From Bacteroidota bacterium (GTDB lineage Bacteria; Bacteroidota; Bacteroidia; Chitinophagales; LD1), in assembly GCA_947475165.1 (NCBI GenBank), contig CANJLD010000014.1:18519-82518 (forward strand): a stretch of DNA of 64,000 nucleotides, read 5' to 3'. Position numbers and translations under genes: made by a program. The notes under the pieces are model-generated. The model saw nothing but the letters and a program-made list of their open reading frames with translations, did no database searches and was not told the DNA's origin. Numbering within the stretch: position 1 is the stretch's first letter; every line of letters begins with the position of its first letter. Below, in pieces: positions 48,118-59,076 of this stretch.

Positions 48118-48837
48118 ATGTATCACAAAACCCGAGGCATCGTTTTACACACTATTAAATATTCGGAAACGAGTGTGATTGCGAAAATTTATACCGAAAA
48201 ACTCGGCTTGCAATCATACATGGTGAAAGGAGTGCGTGCAGCAAAGTCGAAATCGAAAGCTGCCATGCTTCAGCCGCTTACTCTTTTAGAAATGGAAGTT
48301 TCGCATAGAGAAAATAAAGAGCTGCAATACATCAAGGAATTCAGGAGAGCTTTTGTTTATCAATCAATTCCATTTGACACTTTAAAATCCACTATCTCCT
48401 TTTTCCTGCTGGAGGTAATTACAAAATCTATTCGCGAGCATGAGCCGAACATGGAAATGTTCGAATTCATTTATGAATCGCTGTGTGCTTTAGATGAAGA
48501 AAAAAAATTGAATCCTGATTTTCATTTACTGTTTCTCGTTCATCTATCGCGTTATCTCGGCTTTGCTCCGCATGGAAATTTTTCAGAAAAAAATTGCTTT
48601 TTTGAAATGGGTGAAGGTGTTTTTATTGCCGAACAAAGCACCCTAAACATCATGAATAAAAAAGAAAGCAAGCTGCTGAACGATTTGCTGGAAATAAATC
48701 TGTTCGAAAAATCAACGCTGAAAATTTCACGAACTGAACGAAAACAGATGATGCAAAACTTATTGAAGTATTACCAGTTTCATTTAGAAAATTTCAGCTT
48801 GAAGAGTCCCGAAATATTAGAGGAGATTTTAGATTAA
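48118..48837 (+). CDS. recO: DNA repair protein RecO
   Basis: KTRGIVLHTIKYSETSVIAKIYT, LQPLTLLE, LSRYLGF, LKSPEIL. Confidence 0.92.
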   Translation: MYHKTRGIVLHTIKYSETSVIAKIYTEKLGLQSYMVKGVRAAKSKSKAAMLQPLTLLEMEVSHRENKELQYIKEFRRAFVYQSIPFDTLKSTISFFLLEVITKSIREHEPNMEMFEFIYESLCALDEEKKLNPDFHLLFLVHLSRYLGFAPHGNFSEKNCFFEMGEGVFIAEQSTLNIMNKKESKLLNDLLEINLFEKSTLKISRTERKQMMQNLLKYYQFHLENFSLKSPEILEEILD

Positions 48838-49092
48838 TTATTTCACTCCAATCTTTATCCAAACTTTTGTCTTCGCTGTCAAGTAATCTTCCATTCTGTA
48901 AAACACGGCTCCCTTCGGTCTTTCAAACCGCGGAATTACACAACTGATTGGAGTCGCAGAAAAAGAATTTGAATGGGAAGAAATTTTTACGCTTGAATGG
49001 ATTTGTGAGACAAGGTATATTCTATACCAATCTCTCGCTTCGCATGAAAATGACAAAAGCAAAAGAGAAGTAATGATTAAAAACGTTTTCAT
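48838..49092 (-). CDS. Small hypothetical exported protein
   Basis: Signal peptide-like N-terminus; start overlaps the GT2 stop. Confidence 0.5.
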   Translation of the reverse strand: MKTFLIITSLLLLSFSCEARDWYRIYLVSQIHSSVKISSHSNSFSATPISCVIPRFERPKGAVFYRMEDYLTAKTKVWIKIGVK

Positions 49093-51005
49093 TTCCCAAG
49101 CAATGAATAATTTTTAAAAAGCAAACTCACATCATCAGATACGGAATAATGACGAGCGTAGTTCAGTTCAACTTCTACCATTTCCTCTATTGTTAAATTC
49201 AAATCGTTCAAATTTTCTGAAGGATGAAGAATTCCACGTTTCGCACTTGGAAAATTTTTCGAATTCTTTTCTGAAGAAAATCCTATCCATGATTTTCTGC
49301 CGAGCAGAACACTCATCCAATTCGAAACAAATTTTCCAAAATTCTTTATCAGAAAAATATTAAGAGGCAGAAGCGGGAACATGAATAAAGCAACCACTAA
49401 ATCAAAAACACGTTTACTCCGAAGATTTTGTGGTTTGAACAACGCATAACTTCTTTCTGCCACATACAAATCGCCTGCGCTGTTTTTTGAATTACTACCA
49501 ATGAGCGCATTGCTTCCCTCGTTCAAAATTTTGTAGTCGATTTTATTTCCACATTCACCTATTTGGTGAATTATTTCTGCAAATGCAAAATCGGTTGAGC
49601 AAAAAACAATTTCGTTACTGTTGTTTATAGCCGCCATTTTTTTTGTGGCTGACAAATCGTTTGTCGAAACAATTTCTTGTACATTGCCTAATGCACGTAA
49701 AATATTTTCAGAGCGACCAATTTCTGTTGTGCCGACAACCAAACTTCTTTTCTCTTCTTCATCTTCTACAGAAAGCGATTGATGTTTAATAAACTGGTAG
49801 ACTGTCCTTGTGAAAAGCATTTCGAAAGCAGTCCACGCAGCACCAAGCAAAATGATGGCTCGCGAAAACCGCCATTCATTCGGAATAAATGCATACACTA
49901 CTGCAATCGCAACCGTGCCAAATAAAATTCCTCGTAAAATGTTTGAAACTCGAAACGGCTTATCATATCCACTGCTCAAAAATGCTGCTACTATCCAAAT
50001 AAAAATATAAGTGGGAACCACTACAAAAAGAAATTCATTGGGATAGTAATGCTCATGATACTTTATCATGTCTTCCCAATAAGTTTTGATAAAATAAATT
50101 CCGGCAAAACTCAGCAAAGAATCAATAATGAAAAGAAAAGAAGATGCGAAAACATTGGCGAGTAAAGTGAGCAGCCCTCTAAATACAATTGCAAAATTTA
50201 TGAGCAACGAAAAAAGCCACGACTGATTTCCGCTAAAATGCTTACGTGCAAAAATGAGCATAGCATTATAAAACACCTTTACATAATTTAAACTTCCCTT
50301 CTTGGTACTTTCCCCCTTGTAATGAATGATCGTGGTTTCGGGAAAATAAAAATTCTTGTATCCTTTCTTTTGTATGCGATAACTCAAATCAATGTCTTCT
50401 CCATACATAAAAAAAGCCTCGTCCAGCAATCCTACGCGGTCTAACACTGCTTTGCGAATGAACATAAACGCACCGGAGAGAACATCAATCTCATAAGTTT
50501 TAAACTCATCAATAAACCCCAAATGATATTTCCCATACTTCTCCGATTTGGGAAACAGTTTTGCCAAACCAAAAGTTTTATAAAAAGCTACTTCGGGCGT
50601 AGGCAAACCGCGTTTAGATTCGGGAAGAAAATTTCCCTTACCATCAATCATTCTTACACCAAGAGCACCTGCTCTTCTGTTTATAAACGAATCCATAAAA
50701 TCATAACACTTTGTAAAAGTATCTTCGGCTACAACTGTATCGGGATTCAACAACAAAATAAACTCACCGGTTGCTTTTTCAATTGCCTGATTGTTGGCTT
50801 TAGAAAAACCAACATTATTTTCGTTGGGAATAATTTTTACGAAAGGAAATTTTTCCCGCAGCATTTCAACCGAGCCATCTGTTGATGCATTGTCAACTAC
50901 AAAAATTTCCGATTTCATTTTTGGCGTGGCACGCACCACCGAAAGCAAGCACTGCTCCAGAAAATATTTTACATTGTAGTTAACTATAATGATGGAAAGC
51001 TGCAT
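49089..51005 (-). CDS. GT2 glycosyltransferase with membrane region and degenerate sugar-transferase-like C-terminus
   Basis: SIIIVNYN, VVDNASTDGS, LLLNPD, FFMYGEDIDL, IIHYKGES; KRVFDL. Confidence 0.85.
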   Translation of the reverse strand: MQLSIIIVNYNVKYFLEQCLLSVVRATPKMKSEIFVVDNASTDGSVEMLREKFPFVKIIPNENNVGFSKANNQAIEKATGEFILLLNPDTVVAEDTFTKCYDFMDSFINRRAGALGVRMIDGKGNFLPESKRGLPTPEVAFYKTFGLAKLFPKSEKYGKYHLGFIDEFKTYEIDVLSGAFMFIRKAVLDRVGLLDEAFFMYGEDIDLSYRIQKKGYKNFYFPETTIIHYKGESTKKGSLNYVKVFYNAMLIFARKHFSGNQSWLFSLLINFAIVFRGLLTLLANVFASSFLFIIDSLLSFAGIYFIKTYWEDMIKYHEHYYPNEFLFVVVPTYIFIWIVAAFLSSGYDKPFRVSNILRGILFGTVAIAVVYAFIPNEWRFSRAIILLGAAWTAFEMLFTRTVYQFIKHQSLSVEDEEEKRSLVVGTTEIGRSENILRALGNVQEIVSTNDLSATKKMAAINNSNEIVFCSTDFAFAEIIHQIGECGNKIDYKILNEGSNALIGSNSKNSAGDLYVAERSYALFKPQNLRSKRVFDLVVALFMFPLLPLNIFLIKNFGKFVSNWMSVLLGRKSWIGFSSEKNSKNFPSAKRGILHPSENLNDLNLTIEEMVEVELNYARHYSVSDDVSLLFKNYSLLGK

Positions 51006-51034
51006 GCAGAACTCTTAAACGGCAGTTTGAAGTT

Positions 51035-51661
51035 TTAATTGGAATTCTTCACTAAATAATTTTCGTAAGGTAAGCGTGTGGCAATTGAACGCGCCAATGT
51101 CATTTCATCGGTGTATTCCAGTTCGCCACCAAAAGAAATTCCGCGCGCGATAGTGCTGATGTTTACGTTCAGGTCTTTTAGCTTTTTGCTCACGTAAAAA
51201 ATTGTGGTATCACCTTCTATGGTTGGGCTGATTGCCATAATTATTTCTTTCACCTCGCCCGATTTCACACGTTCAATTAGTGAATCAATGTTCAGCTTAT
51301 CAGGACCAATTCCATCTATTGGCGAAATAACTCCGCCTAATACGTGATAAGTTCCTTTATAAATATTCGTGTTCTCAATAGCAATTACATCGCGAATAGT
51401 TTCCACTAAACAAACAATAGAATGGTCGCGGTGATTGCTGCCACAAATTTCGCATAACTCGTGGTCTGAAACATTGTTACACGTTCTACAAAATTTTATT
51501 TCGCTGCGCATTTTCGAAACCGCATCTCCAAAATATTTCACTTTGTCTTCATCTTGTTTTAATAAATGCAAGACCAAACGCAAAGCTGTTTTTTCACCAA
51601 TGCCAGGGAGTTTAGTGAACTCGCCAACAGCATCTGCAATAAGTTTAGAAGAATACTTCAT
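51035..51661 (-). CDS. recR: Recombination mediator RecR
   Basis: KLPGIGEKTALRL, C4 zinc finger, YHVLGGVISPIDGIGP, IARG...GGELEYTD. Confidence 0.96.
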   Translation of the reverse strand: MKYSSKLIADAVGEFTKLPGIGEKTALRLVLHLLKQDEDKVKYFGDAVSKMRSEIKFCRTCNNVSDHELCEICGSNHRDHSIVCLVETIRDVIAIENTNIYKGTYHVLGGVISPIDGIGPDKLNIDSLIERVKSGEVKEIIMAISPTIEGDTTIFYVSKKLKDLNVNISTIARGISFGGELEYTDEMTLARSIATRLPYENYLVKNSN

Positions 51662-51695
51662 TTCGCTCAAAAATCAACAATCGTTACTCAATATC

Positions 51696-54548
51696 CTAAT
51701 GCGCCTCCAACCAATTTGTCCCGGTTCCCATCTCCGCCTCAATAGGCACATTGGTTTGAATAGCGTGAATCATTTTATCGTAGATAATCGGTTTGATAAT
51801 TTCCACTTCATCTTTATGTACATCAAAAACCAACTCATCATGCACCTGCAAGGTCATCCGGCTCTTGAAGTTCTGCTTTTTGAATTCGCGGTGAATATCA
51901 ATCATTGCAAGCTTGATCAAGTCTGCCGCTGAACCCTGCACCGGTGAATTGATGGCATTTCGCTCAGCATAACCGCGCACTACAAAATTTTTCGAGTTGA
52001 TGTCCTTCAAATATCTTCTACGTCCCATAATAGTTTGCACATAGCCATTCTCGCGCGCAAACTGAATGTTGGCATTCATGTATTCTTTAATTTTGGGAAA
52101 CTGATTGAAGTAGTTGGCAATAATTTCTTTGGCTTCGCCACGACTTGTTCCAATATTATCTGCCAAACCAAATGCACCCTGCCCGTAAATAATTCCAAAG
52201 TTTACACTCTTGGCTTTGTAGCGCATATCTTTTGTTACGGTTGAAATAGCTACATCATAAACCTTAGCAGCCGTAGCTGTATGAATGTCAATTTTGTTTT
52301 TGAACGCTTCAAGCATGTTCTCATCGCCACTTAATTCTGCCACCAATCGCAATTCAATTTGTGAGTAATCGGCTGAAAGCAAAACATAATCTTCGTTGCG
52401 CGGAACAAATGCTTTGCGCACGCGTTGTCCGCGCTCAGTACGAATTGGAATGTTCTGCAAATTCGGATTATCACTCGCGAGCCGTCCGGTGGCTGCAATA
52501 TGTTGCCGGAAATTAGAATGCACTCTGCCTGTTACTTTATTTATCAGGAGTGGAAGCGAGTCAACGTAAGTTGATTTCAGTTTCGCGAACTCGCGATAAT
52601 CTAAAATTTTTCCCGCAATTGGATGCAGTTTCACCAAACCTTCCAACGCATCTTCATTAGTAGAAAGCTGACCGGTAGAAGTTTTCTTTCCTTCAAACGG
52701 AATTTTCAATTCATTGTAAAGCACTTCGCTCATTTGCTTTGGCGAGTCCACATTAAATTCTCTTCTGGCTAACGTATATATTTCATCTCGCACTTTCAGT
52801 AAATCAGCTTCCAACTCTTTCGAATAAATTTTCAAGAACTCCTCATCAATCCGCACGCCTTCATATTCCATATCCGCTAACACTTCTATTAGCGGATGTT
52901 CAATATCGTTCAGTACTTTTTCTACTTCCTGTTTCACAACCAGCGGAACCAATTTATTTTTCAACTGCAAAGTGATGTCAGCATCTTCTGCCGCATATTC
53001 CGAAATTTTTTCGAGCGGCACATCGCGCATGTTGCCCTGATTCTTTCCCTTTTTACCAATCAATTCTTCAATAGAAACGGGCGTATAACCCAAATACGTT
53101 TCGCTCAAATAATCCATGCCGTGTTTCAAGTCAGGCTCAATTAAATAATGCGCTAGCATGGTATCGTAAAGCGGCAGCGAAACAGTTATATCGTATCCTC
53201 TTAAAACCTGCAAATCAAACTTTACGTTCTGCCCGATTTTTACTTTGGTTGTACTTTCAAGCAACGGCTTAAAATGCGCAACTAATTTTTTTGCATCCTC
53301 ATGGTTTGAAGGAGCAGGAACATAATATGCTTCTCCTTCTTTCACGCTAAAACTCATTCCAACCAATTCAAGCGAGAAATAATCGAGACCGGTGGTTTCG
53401 GTATCGAAACAAAATTCATCTGCTTGACCTAACAGCGTAACTAAATCTGAAATTTCAGATTCAGATCGAATGGCAATGTATTTATGAGGTGTGTTGTGAA
53501 TGGATTTCCCTTTCACTACTTCTTCCAAAATACTTCCATCGGTAGAATCACCAAATAAATTTCCTTGTGAATCGGAAGCGGTTTTTGGTTTCGTAGTTTG
53601 TATTTGCTCCGTTCTTTCTGAAATAGTTGGAGAGGAGGTTGCTTGATTTACACTGTAATCAAATCCTAAAATTCTTTTTCCGAGCGTCCTGAATTCGAGT
53701 TCAGCAAAGATAGCTCCCATCTTTTCTTTATCCGGTGCATCTATTTTCAAATCATCGTCAGTTACTTCTATGGGCACATTTACATTTATGGTCGCCAGTT
53801 GTTTCGACATTAATCCCTGCTCTGCAAAATTCTTTACATTCTCACCAACTTTGCCTTTTACCTTATCGGCATTCGCAATTAAATTTTCCATTGAGCCAAA
53901 CTCCTTAATAAATTTCTTCGCTGTCTTTTCACCCACACCGGGAATACCCGGAATATTATCTACTGCATCGCCCCACATTCCTAAAATGTCAATTACTTGT
54001 TTCGGATTTTCAACTTCCCAATCGCGTTTAATTTCTTCCACGCCCAAAATTTCTACATCGCCACCGCTGCGTGCCGGCTTATAGATGAAAATTTTTTCGT
54101 CCACCAATTGCGCAAAATCCTTATCGGGTGTTACCATGTAAACAATGTGTCCTTCTTCCGCTTTTTTCTTCGCAATAGTTCCAATCACATCATCAGCTTC
54201 AAATCCTCGCAGCTCTAAAATTGGAATGTGCCATGCGCGAATAATATTTTTTATGTAAGGCACAGCAAACAAAATATCCTCCGGTGTTTCCTGTCTGCCG
54301 GCTTTATATTCTGCAAAAATTTCTTCGCGCTCCACACTGCCTCCTAAATCAAAAACTACTGCTAAGTGTGTTGGTTTTTCTTTTTGAATTAATTCGAAAA
54401 GCGTGGTTGTAAAGCCATTGATAGCAGAAACATTTTGTCCTTTTGAATTCAAAAGCGGATTTCTGCCAAAAGCAAAATATGCGCGGAAGATGAGTGCGTA
54501 AGCATCAATCAAAAAAAGTTTTTCGGTATGGTTAGAGGTGTTAGACAT
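51696..54548 (-). CDS. polA: DNA polymerase I
   Basis: 5'-3' exo (FEADDVIG, DNIPGIPGVGEKTA), FDTETT, TGRLAS.NPNLQNIP, ADYSQIELR, LQVHDELVF. Confidence 0.98.
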   Translation of the reverse strand: MSNTSNHTEKLFLIDAYALIFRAYFAFGRNPLLNSKGQNVSAINGFTTTLFELIQKEKPTHLAVVFDLGGSVEREEIFAEYKAGRQETPEDILFAVPYIKNIIRAWHIPILELRGFEADDVIGTIAKKKAEEGHIVYMVTPDKDFAQLVDEKIFIYKPARSGGDVEILGVEEIKRDWEVENPKQVIDILGMWGDAVDNIPGIPGVGEKTAKKFIKEFGSMENLIANADKVKGKVGENVKNFAEQGLMSKQLATINVNVPIEVTDDDLKIDAPDKEKMGAIFAELEFRTLGKRILGFDYSVNQATSSPTISERTEQIQTTKPKTASDSQGNLFGDSTDGSILEEVVKGKSIHNTPHKYIAIRSESEISDLVTLLGQADEFCFDTETTGLDYFSLELVGMSFSVKEGEAYYVPAPSNHEDAKKLVAHFKPLLESTTKVKIGQNVKFDLQVLRGYDITVSLPLYDTMLAHYLIEPDLKHGMDYLSETYLGYTPVSIEELIGKKGKNQGNMRDVPLEKISEYAAEDADITLQLKNKLVPLVVKQEVEKVLNDIEHPLIEVLADMEYEGVRIDEEFLKIYSKELEADLLKVRDEIYTLARREFNVDSPKQMSEVLYNELKIPFEGKKTSTGQLSTNEDALEGLVKLHPIAGKILDYREFAKLKSTYVDSLPLLINKVTGRVHSNFRQHIAATGRLASDNPNLQNIPIRTERGQRVRKAFVPRNEDYVLLSADYSQIELRLVAELSGDENMLEAFKNKIDIHTATAAKVYDVAISTVTKDMRYKAKSVNFGIIYGQGAFGLADNIGTSRGEAKEIIANYFNQFPKIKEYMNANIQFARENGYVQTIMGRRRYLKDINSKNFVVRGYAERNAINSPVQGSAADLIKLAMIDIHREFKKQNFKSRMTLQVHDELVFDVHKDEVEIIKPIIYDKMIHAIQTNVPIEAEMGTGTNWLEAH

Positions 54549-54595
54549 GGAGTAAAATTGAACCACGAATAACACGAATTTTTGCGAATGAAAAA

Positions 54596-55738
54596 TTAGA
54601 ATTCTTTGTCAAACACAAACTCGTCCATAATATCTCCGAGTTCGCTGTAAATTTCCTGTTTAGTGAATCCGTACTGCTCTAATGAATACTCGTGTGCGCG
54701 TTTGTAATTTTTACTTCGCGCATGTTCATGACTCAGCCGTTCGATAAATTTTTCAGAAGGCCGCCAATTGAAATGCGAATAGATTTTTTTTACCACACCT
54801 TGTGGATCGGCTAACAAATCGTCATACTTCAATTCAAGAAATTGATTTTCAGGAATTGACTTCCGCATTTCTTTCGAATACTTATAAAAATCAATGCCCA
54901 GTTGCGCCCAAGCCCTTTTTGCTGGATGCATATCAGGCAATTTATACATAGCAGTAAACATGCTGGCAAATGAGGGAACAGAATCGTAAGGGTGGCGGGC
55001 GATGTAAATAATTTTCGCATCGGGAAAACGTTCCATCAAACTTTTAAAGCGACCGGTAGTCATTACGTTCTTTGCAAGATATGTTTTGTCTTTACCTGCA
55101 CGAAACACAAACCGTTTCACACAACTTTCATAAAAATCCATCACGCTTTTGCGTACAGCTTCGGGCTCCTTATCTAAAAATTTATTGTCATGAATTTTAT
55201 CGAAGTATGGAAAAGGAATCATCACACCTACACTCATCATCATTTGCGCAAAAACCAGTTCGTCTTCTTCAGCTTTATTAAATCCCATTGCGTGAACATC
55301 ATCCCATCCACCCCAAAATTTATCGTCCAGCGCGTTAAGTGTTTTGCTGATTATTCCGCGCAGAATTCTTCTGTCTATGCAGCGAAAAATATAATAGAAC
55401 TGCACAAAAGAGGAAGTCATAAAAAACGTGTGCGCATATTTTGTATAGGTAAAACGCTCCTCGTCTAAAGCCATCAACCGGTGAAGAAAAGTTGTGCCGC
55501 TGCGTGGATTAGCAATAATGAAAACAGGTTGCTTGATTTTAATTTTCAGATGATTGCGATGAAAAATTTCATCCATCAGGCGAAAAAAAAGCGAAACAAA
55601 CTGATGAAGAAACCAGAGAAAAATAAACAACACAGAAAAAAGCCAAACACGCCAATTAAACTGTCGGTAGGTTTCGCAAATTATTTTTCGGAGAATGCTG
55701 TAACGAACGTAATAAAAGGAATCGCTGAAGTATTTCAT
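54596..55738 (-). CDS. PAPS-dependent sulfotransferase (Sulfotransfer_3-like)
   Basis: PVFIIANPRSGTTFLHRL (5'-PSB), IARHPYDSVPS (3'-PB). Confidence 0.85.
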   Translation of the reverse strand: MKYFSDSFYYVRYSILRKIICETYRQFNWRVWLFSVLFIFLWFLHQFVSLFFRLMDEIFHRNHLKIKIKQPVFIIANPRSGTTFLHRLMALDEERFTYTKYAHTFFMTSSFVQFYYIFRCIDRRILRGIISKTLNALDDKFWGGWDDVHAMGFNKAEEDELVFAQMMMSVGVMIPFPYFDKIHDNKFLDKEPEAVRKSVMDFYESCVKRFVFRAGKDKTYLAKNVMTTGRFKSLMERFPDAKIIYIARHPYDSVPSFASMFTAMYKLPDMHPAKRAWAQLGIDFYKYSKEMRKSIPENQFLELKYDDLLADPQGVVKKIYSHFNWRPSEKFIERLSHEHARSKNYKRAHEYSLEQYGFTKQEIYSELGDIMDEFVFDKEF

Positions 55739-55827
55739 ACAATCACGCGGCAAGGTTAAGCAAACGCACCATGTTTAAAAATCATAACGGTTAACTAAAC
55801 ACATTATTTTAGCCCAACCGTTTATTT

Positions 55828-57018
55828 ATGCTATCGAACCGTCAACTTTTTCTTTCACACGTTGCGCAAACCAGCACGTCACCACTCATGCTCGAAATTG
55901 AGCGTGCACAAGGAATGTATATGTATGCTACCAATGGCAAAAAATATCTCGATTTAATTGCAGGAATCTCTGTGAGCAATCTCGGACATTCTCATCCCGT
56001 TGTTGTAGCTGCCGTAAAAGAACAGGCAGAAAAATATATGCACCTGATGGTGTATGGCGAGTTTGTTGAAAGTCCACAAGTGAAATACGCGAAACGACTT
56101 ACAGAATTTCTTCCCAAGAATTTGAACAACGTTTACTTCACCAATAGCGGAGCCGAAGCCACAGAAGGTGCTATGAAGTTGGCTAAGCGCACAACAGGAA
56201 GAACACAGTTTGTATCGTTTAAAAATGCTTACCACGGAAGCACGCAAGGTGCATTGAGTATAATGGGCGATGAATATTTTAAAAGAAATTTTCGTCCGCT
56301 ACTGCCAGATACTTTGCAATTGGAATACAACAACGAAAGAGAATTAAAAAAAATTTCAGAACGAACCGCTGCTGTAATTATTGAACCTGTGCAGGCTGAA
56401 AGCGGAATTACAGTTCCTTCAAAAAATTTCATCCAGGCTTTGCGGGAAAAATGTAATGAAACAGGAACGCTTTTAATTTTTGATGAAGCTCAAACTGGTT
56501 TGGGCAGAACTGGAAAAATGTTTGCCTTTGAACATTACGAAGTTGTTCCCGATATTCTTCTGCTCGCAAAAGCTCTTGGTGGAGGAATGCCTCTAGGTGC
56601 GTTTATTTCTTCGAAAGAAAAGATGAGTTCACTTTCTGAAAATCCTGTTTTGGGACACATCACCACCTTTGGCGGGCATCCGGTTTGTTGCGCTGCCGGT
56701 CTCGCTGCTTTTAATGTTTTGGCAGGACAAAATCTTACTATGCAAGTTGATATAAAAGGAAAGCTGTTTGAAGAACTGCTCGTTCATCCAAAAATAAAAT
56801 CGAAAAATAGAATTGGCCTAATGATGGCTTTGGAGTTTGAGGATTTCGAGCAGAACAAAAAAATAATCGACCGGTGTATTGAAAATGGAGTTTTGACAGA
56901 TTGGTTCTTGTTCGCACCGTATTGCATGCGCATTGCTCCACCTTTGATTATTTCGGAAGCAGAAATTAAATTGGCGTGTGAGACAATTCTTTCCGCTATT
57001 AATGCTGCGGAGAATTAA
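55828..57018 (+). CDS. Class III PLP aminotransferase (ArgD-like)
   Basis: YLDLIAGISV, NSGAEATEGAMK, DEAQTGLGRTG, AKALGGGMPLG, TTFGGHP. Confidence 0.9.
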   Translation: MLSNRQLFLSHVAQTSTSPLMLEIERAQGMYMYATNGKKYLDLIAGISVSNLGHSHPVVVAAVKEQAEKYMHLMVYGEFVESPQVKYAKRLTEFLPKNLNNVYFTNSGAEATEGAMKLAKRTTGRTQFVSFKNAYHGSTQGALSIMGDEYFKRNFRPLLPDTLQLEYNNERELKKISERTAAVIIEPVQAESGITVPSKNFIQALREKCNETGTLLIFDEAQTGLGRTGKMFAFEHYEVVPDILLLAKALGGGMPLGAFISSKEKMSSLSENPVLGHITTFGGHPVCCAAGLAAFNVLAGQNLTMQVDIKGKLFEELLVHPKIKSKNRIGLMMALEFEDFEQNKKIIDRCIENGVLTDWFLFAPYCMRIAPPLIISEAEIKLACETILSAINAAEN

Positions 57019-58436
57019 AATTGGTAGAGGTCAAATTTCTTTCCCGAATAAATTTTTTGTGCTGTTGGCGGAAGTCTATCTCCCCACTCATTCGATTTTG
57101 TTAGATAGAAATTAGTTTCCGCAATTTCATCGGGCATACAAATCTTTTTATCGTAATGGCGGTTTAAGTTAACACGCAACGCCCAATCGCTGTACAAACT
57201 CCAATCGGCACGAATTACATTTTCGTTCTCTACAAGTGCTTGAATTTTTTCAATATCGATAAGCATTGTTTCATCGCGAGAGTAACTGGCTGCATTCTTG
57301 ATTGAAAGACAAAAGCAAACACTCATCACAATCAGACAAGCTGCTTTTATGCCAATTGAAGCTTTTTCATTTATCTGTTTCTTCAATTTTTCTTCCAAAG
57401 ATTTTACAAGAGGAAAAATTAAACAGGCAAAACCAATAGCAAAAAGGGGAAGTGATGGAAGCAAATAGTGTTTGTTCTGTTTTGCACTTAACATAATTGG
57501 AATAGAGGCTGATAAGCCGATTGCAATAAATATGAGTGCGGCACTTAAAAGTAATTTGTCTGCAATTACCTTTTTTCTGTTTATGAAAAAAACAATCACC
57601 GACAAAACAAGCAACGGAGAAAGGGCAATCAGCAACTGAAGAAGAATGGCGAAATGCGTAGTATTGGTTTTTGTTTGATGATTCAAATTTGGAAGAAGTT
57701 GAACTTTGAGATAGTGTTGAAGAAAATTTTTCGGTACCTCCATTGAAAACACAAAAGCGAAAATTGCTACGGTTACCGCGAATTGTATCGTCATATATAA
57801 AAATGATTGTTTCCAATTGAAACTCTCTTCGCTCCAGATGAAAAAGAAAGGAACAGCAAGCGGAAATAACGCCACCGGACCTTTTGTTAACAGAGCGAGA
57901 AAAATTAAACTTCCGCCAATCGATGAATACAAAACAAGATTCTTTCCTCTTCTAAGAAAAATCAAAAACACAATAACTGATGCGGTCGTAAAAACGCTCA
58001 TGACATTTTCCATCAGATTGCTTGAATAACACCAACTCGTCAGCGGGATTACAAGAAACAGTAAACACGGAAGCCATGAATATTTTTCTATGTCCGCTCT
58101 TTCAGAAAAATAAATTTTCCAAAGCGAGGAGATTAAAACCAATTGGATTAGCGCAGAGAAAAGTGAATACAATTTTTCGACCCAGTAATAATCGCCAAGC
58201 ACGTTATACCACAACGAAAGGAAATATTCGCTTAACTGCGGATTGTCCCAATAGGAAGGATGAGCGTAGTCAGCTGTTTGCGGAGTCCAAAAACCACCAA
58301 TGCCATGAACAAGATTATGTGCGAACAGCGCGTGATAAACACCATCCATAAACATTCCCTTTGTAAAAAGATTCGGAACCCACAACAGCGAGACAAGTGT
58401 AGCTACAACCAGAAAAGAGATGCTGATTTTTTTCAC
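57015..58436 (-). CDS. ArnT/GT39-like membrane glycosyltransferase
   Basis: GMFMDG, LTKGPVALFPL, YLLPSLPLFA; multi-TM; start trimmed to GTG 58436. Confidence 0.7.
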   Translation of the reverse strand: MKKISISFLVVATLVSLLWVPNLFTKGMFMDGVYHALFAHNLVHGIGGFWTPQTADYAHPSYWDNPQLSEYFLSLWYNVLGDYYWVEKLYSLFSALIQLVLISSLWKIYFSERADIEKYSWLPCLLFLVIPLTSWCYSSNLMENVMSVFTTASVIVFLIFLRRGKNLVLYSSIGGSLIFLALLTKGPVALFPLAVPFFFIWSEESFNWKQSFLYMTIQFAVTVAIFAFVFSMEVPKNFLQHYLKVQLLPNLNHQTKTNTTHFAILLQLLIALSPLLVLSVIVFFINRKKVIADKLLLSAALIFIAIGLSASIPIMLSAKQNKHYLLPSLPLFAIGFACLIFPLVKSLEEKLKKQINEKASIGIKAACLIVMSVCFCLSIKNAASYSRDETMLIDIEKIQALVENENVIRADWSLYSDWALRVNLNRHYDKKICMPDEIAETNFYLTKSNEWGDRLPPTAQKIYSGKKFDLYQF

Positions 58437-58452
58437 GCTAAAATTTAGTAAC

Positions 58453-59064
58453 CTATTTTTTCTTTCTCCAGCAATTATCGAGATGGTCATCTACCATTCC
58501 CACCGCTTGCATAAATGCATAACAAATTGTTGAGCCGCGGAACTTGAAACCACGCTTCCCCATATCAGCACTCATTGCATCGCTGATTTTTGTTTTGGGT
58601 TGAATATCTCTCAAAGCTTTCAGCGAGTTGCGCAATGGTTTACCGCCTACAAAACCCCAAACGTATTTATCAAACGAACCAAACTCTTTTTGAATCTCAA
58701 TAAAACGTTGAGCATTATTTATCGCAGCTCGAATTTTTAATTGATTGCGGATAATACCGGTATCCTGCATCAAGGCTTCGTATTTCTTCTCATCATACTT
58801 TGCCACTTTCTTTACATCGAAATTTGAAAAAGCTTTACGAAAGTTTTCGCGCTTTTTTAAAATGGTAAGCCAACTCAATCCCGCTTGAAAACTTTCCAAC
58901 ACCAAAAACTCAAACAACAATTTATCATCATGCACGGGGGTTCCCCATTCTTCATCGTGATATTTTAAGTAGATAGGGTCGCCTAAACACCAGCCGCAAC
59001 GACTTTCACCATCAGTTGGTCCTTGATATTTTTCTGCTTCTGGAGATTTTTTCTTTATTGCCAT
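58453..59064 (-). CDS. tag: DNA-3-methyladenine glycosylase I
   Basis: RCGW, YHDEEWG, LESFQAGLSW, GIIRNQLKI, YAFMQAVGMVDDH. Confidence 0.95.
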   Translation of the reverse strand: MAIKKKSPEAEKYQGPTDGESRCGWCLGDPIYLKYHDEEWGTPVHDDKLLFEFLVLESFQAGLSWLTILKKRENFRKAFSNFDVKKVAKYDEKKYEALMQDTGIIRNQLKIRAAINNAQRFIEIQKEFGSFDKYVWGFVGGKPLRNSLKALRDIQPKTKISDAMSADMGKRGFKFRGSTICYAFMQAVGMVDDHLDNCWRKKK

Positions 59065-59076
59065 TGTAGTTGTATT

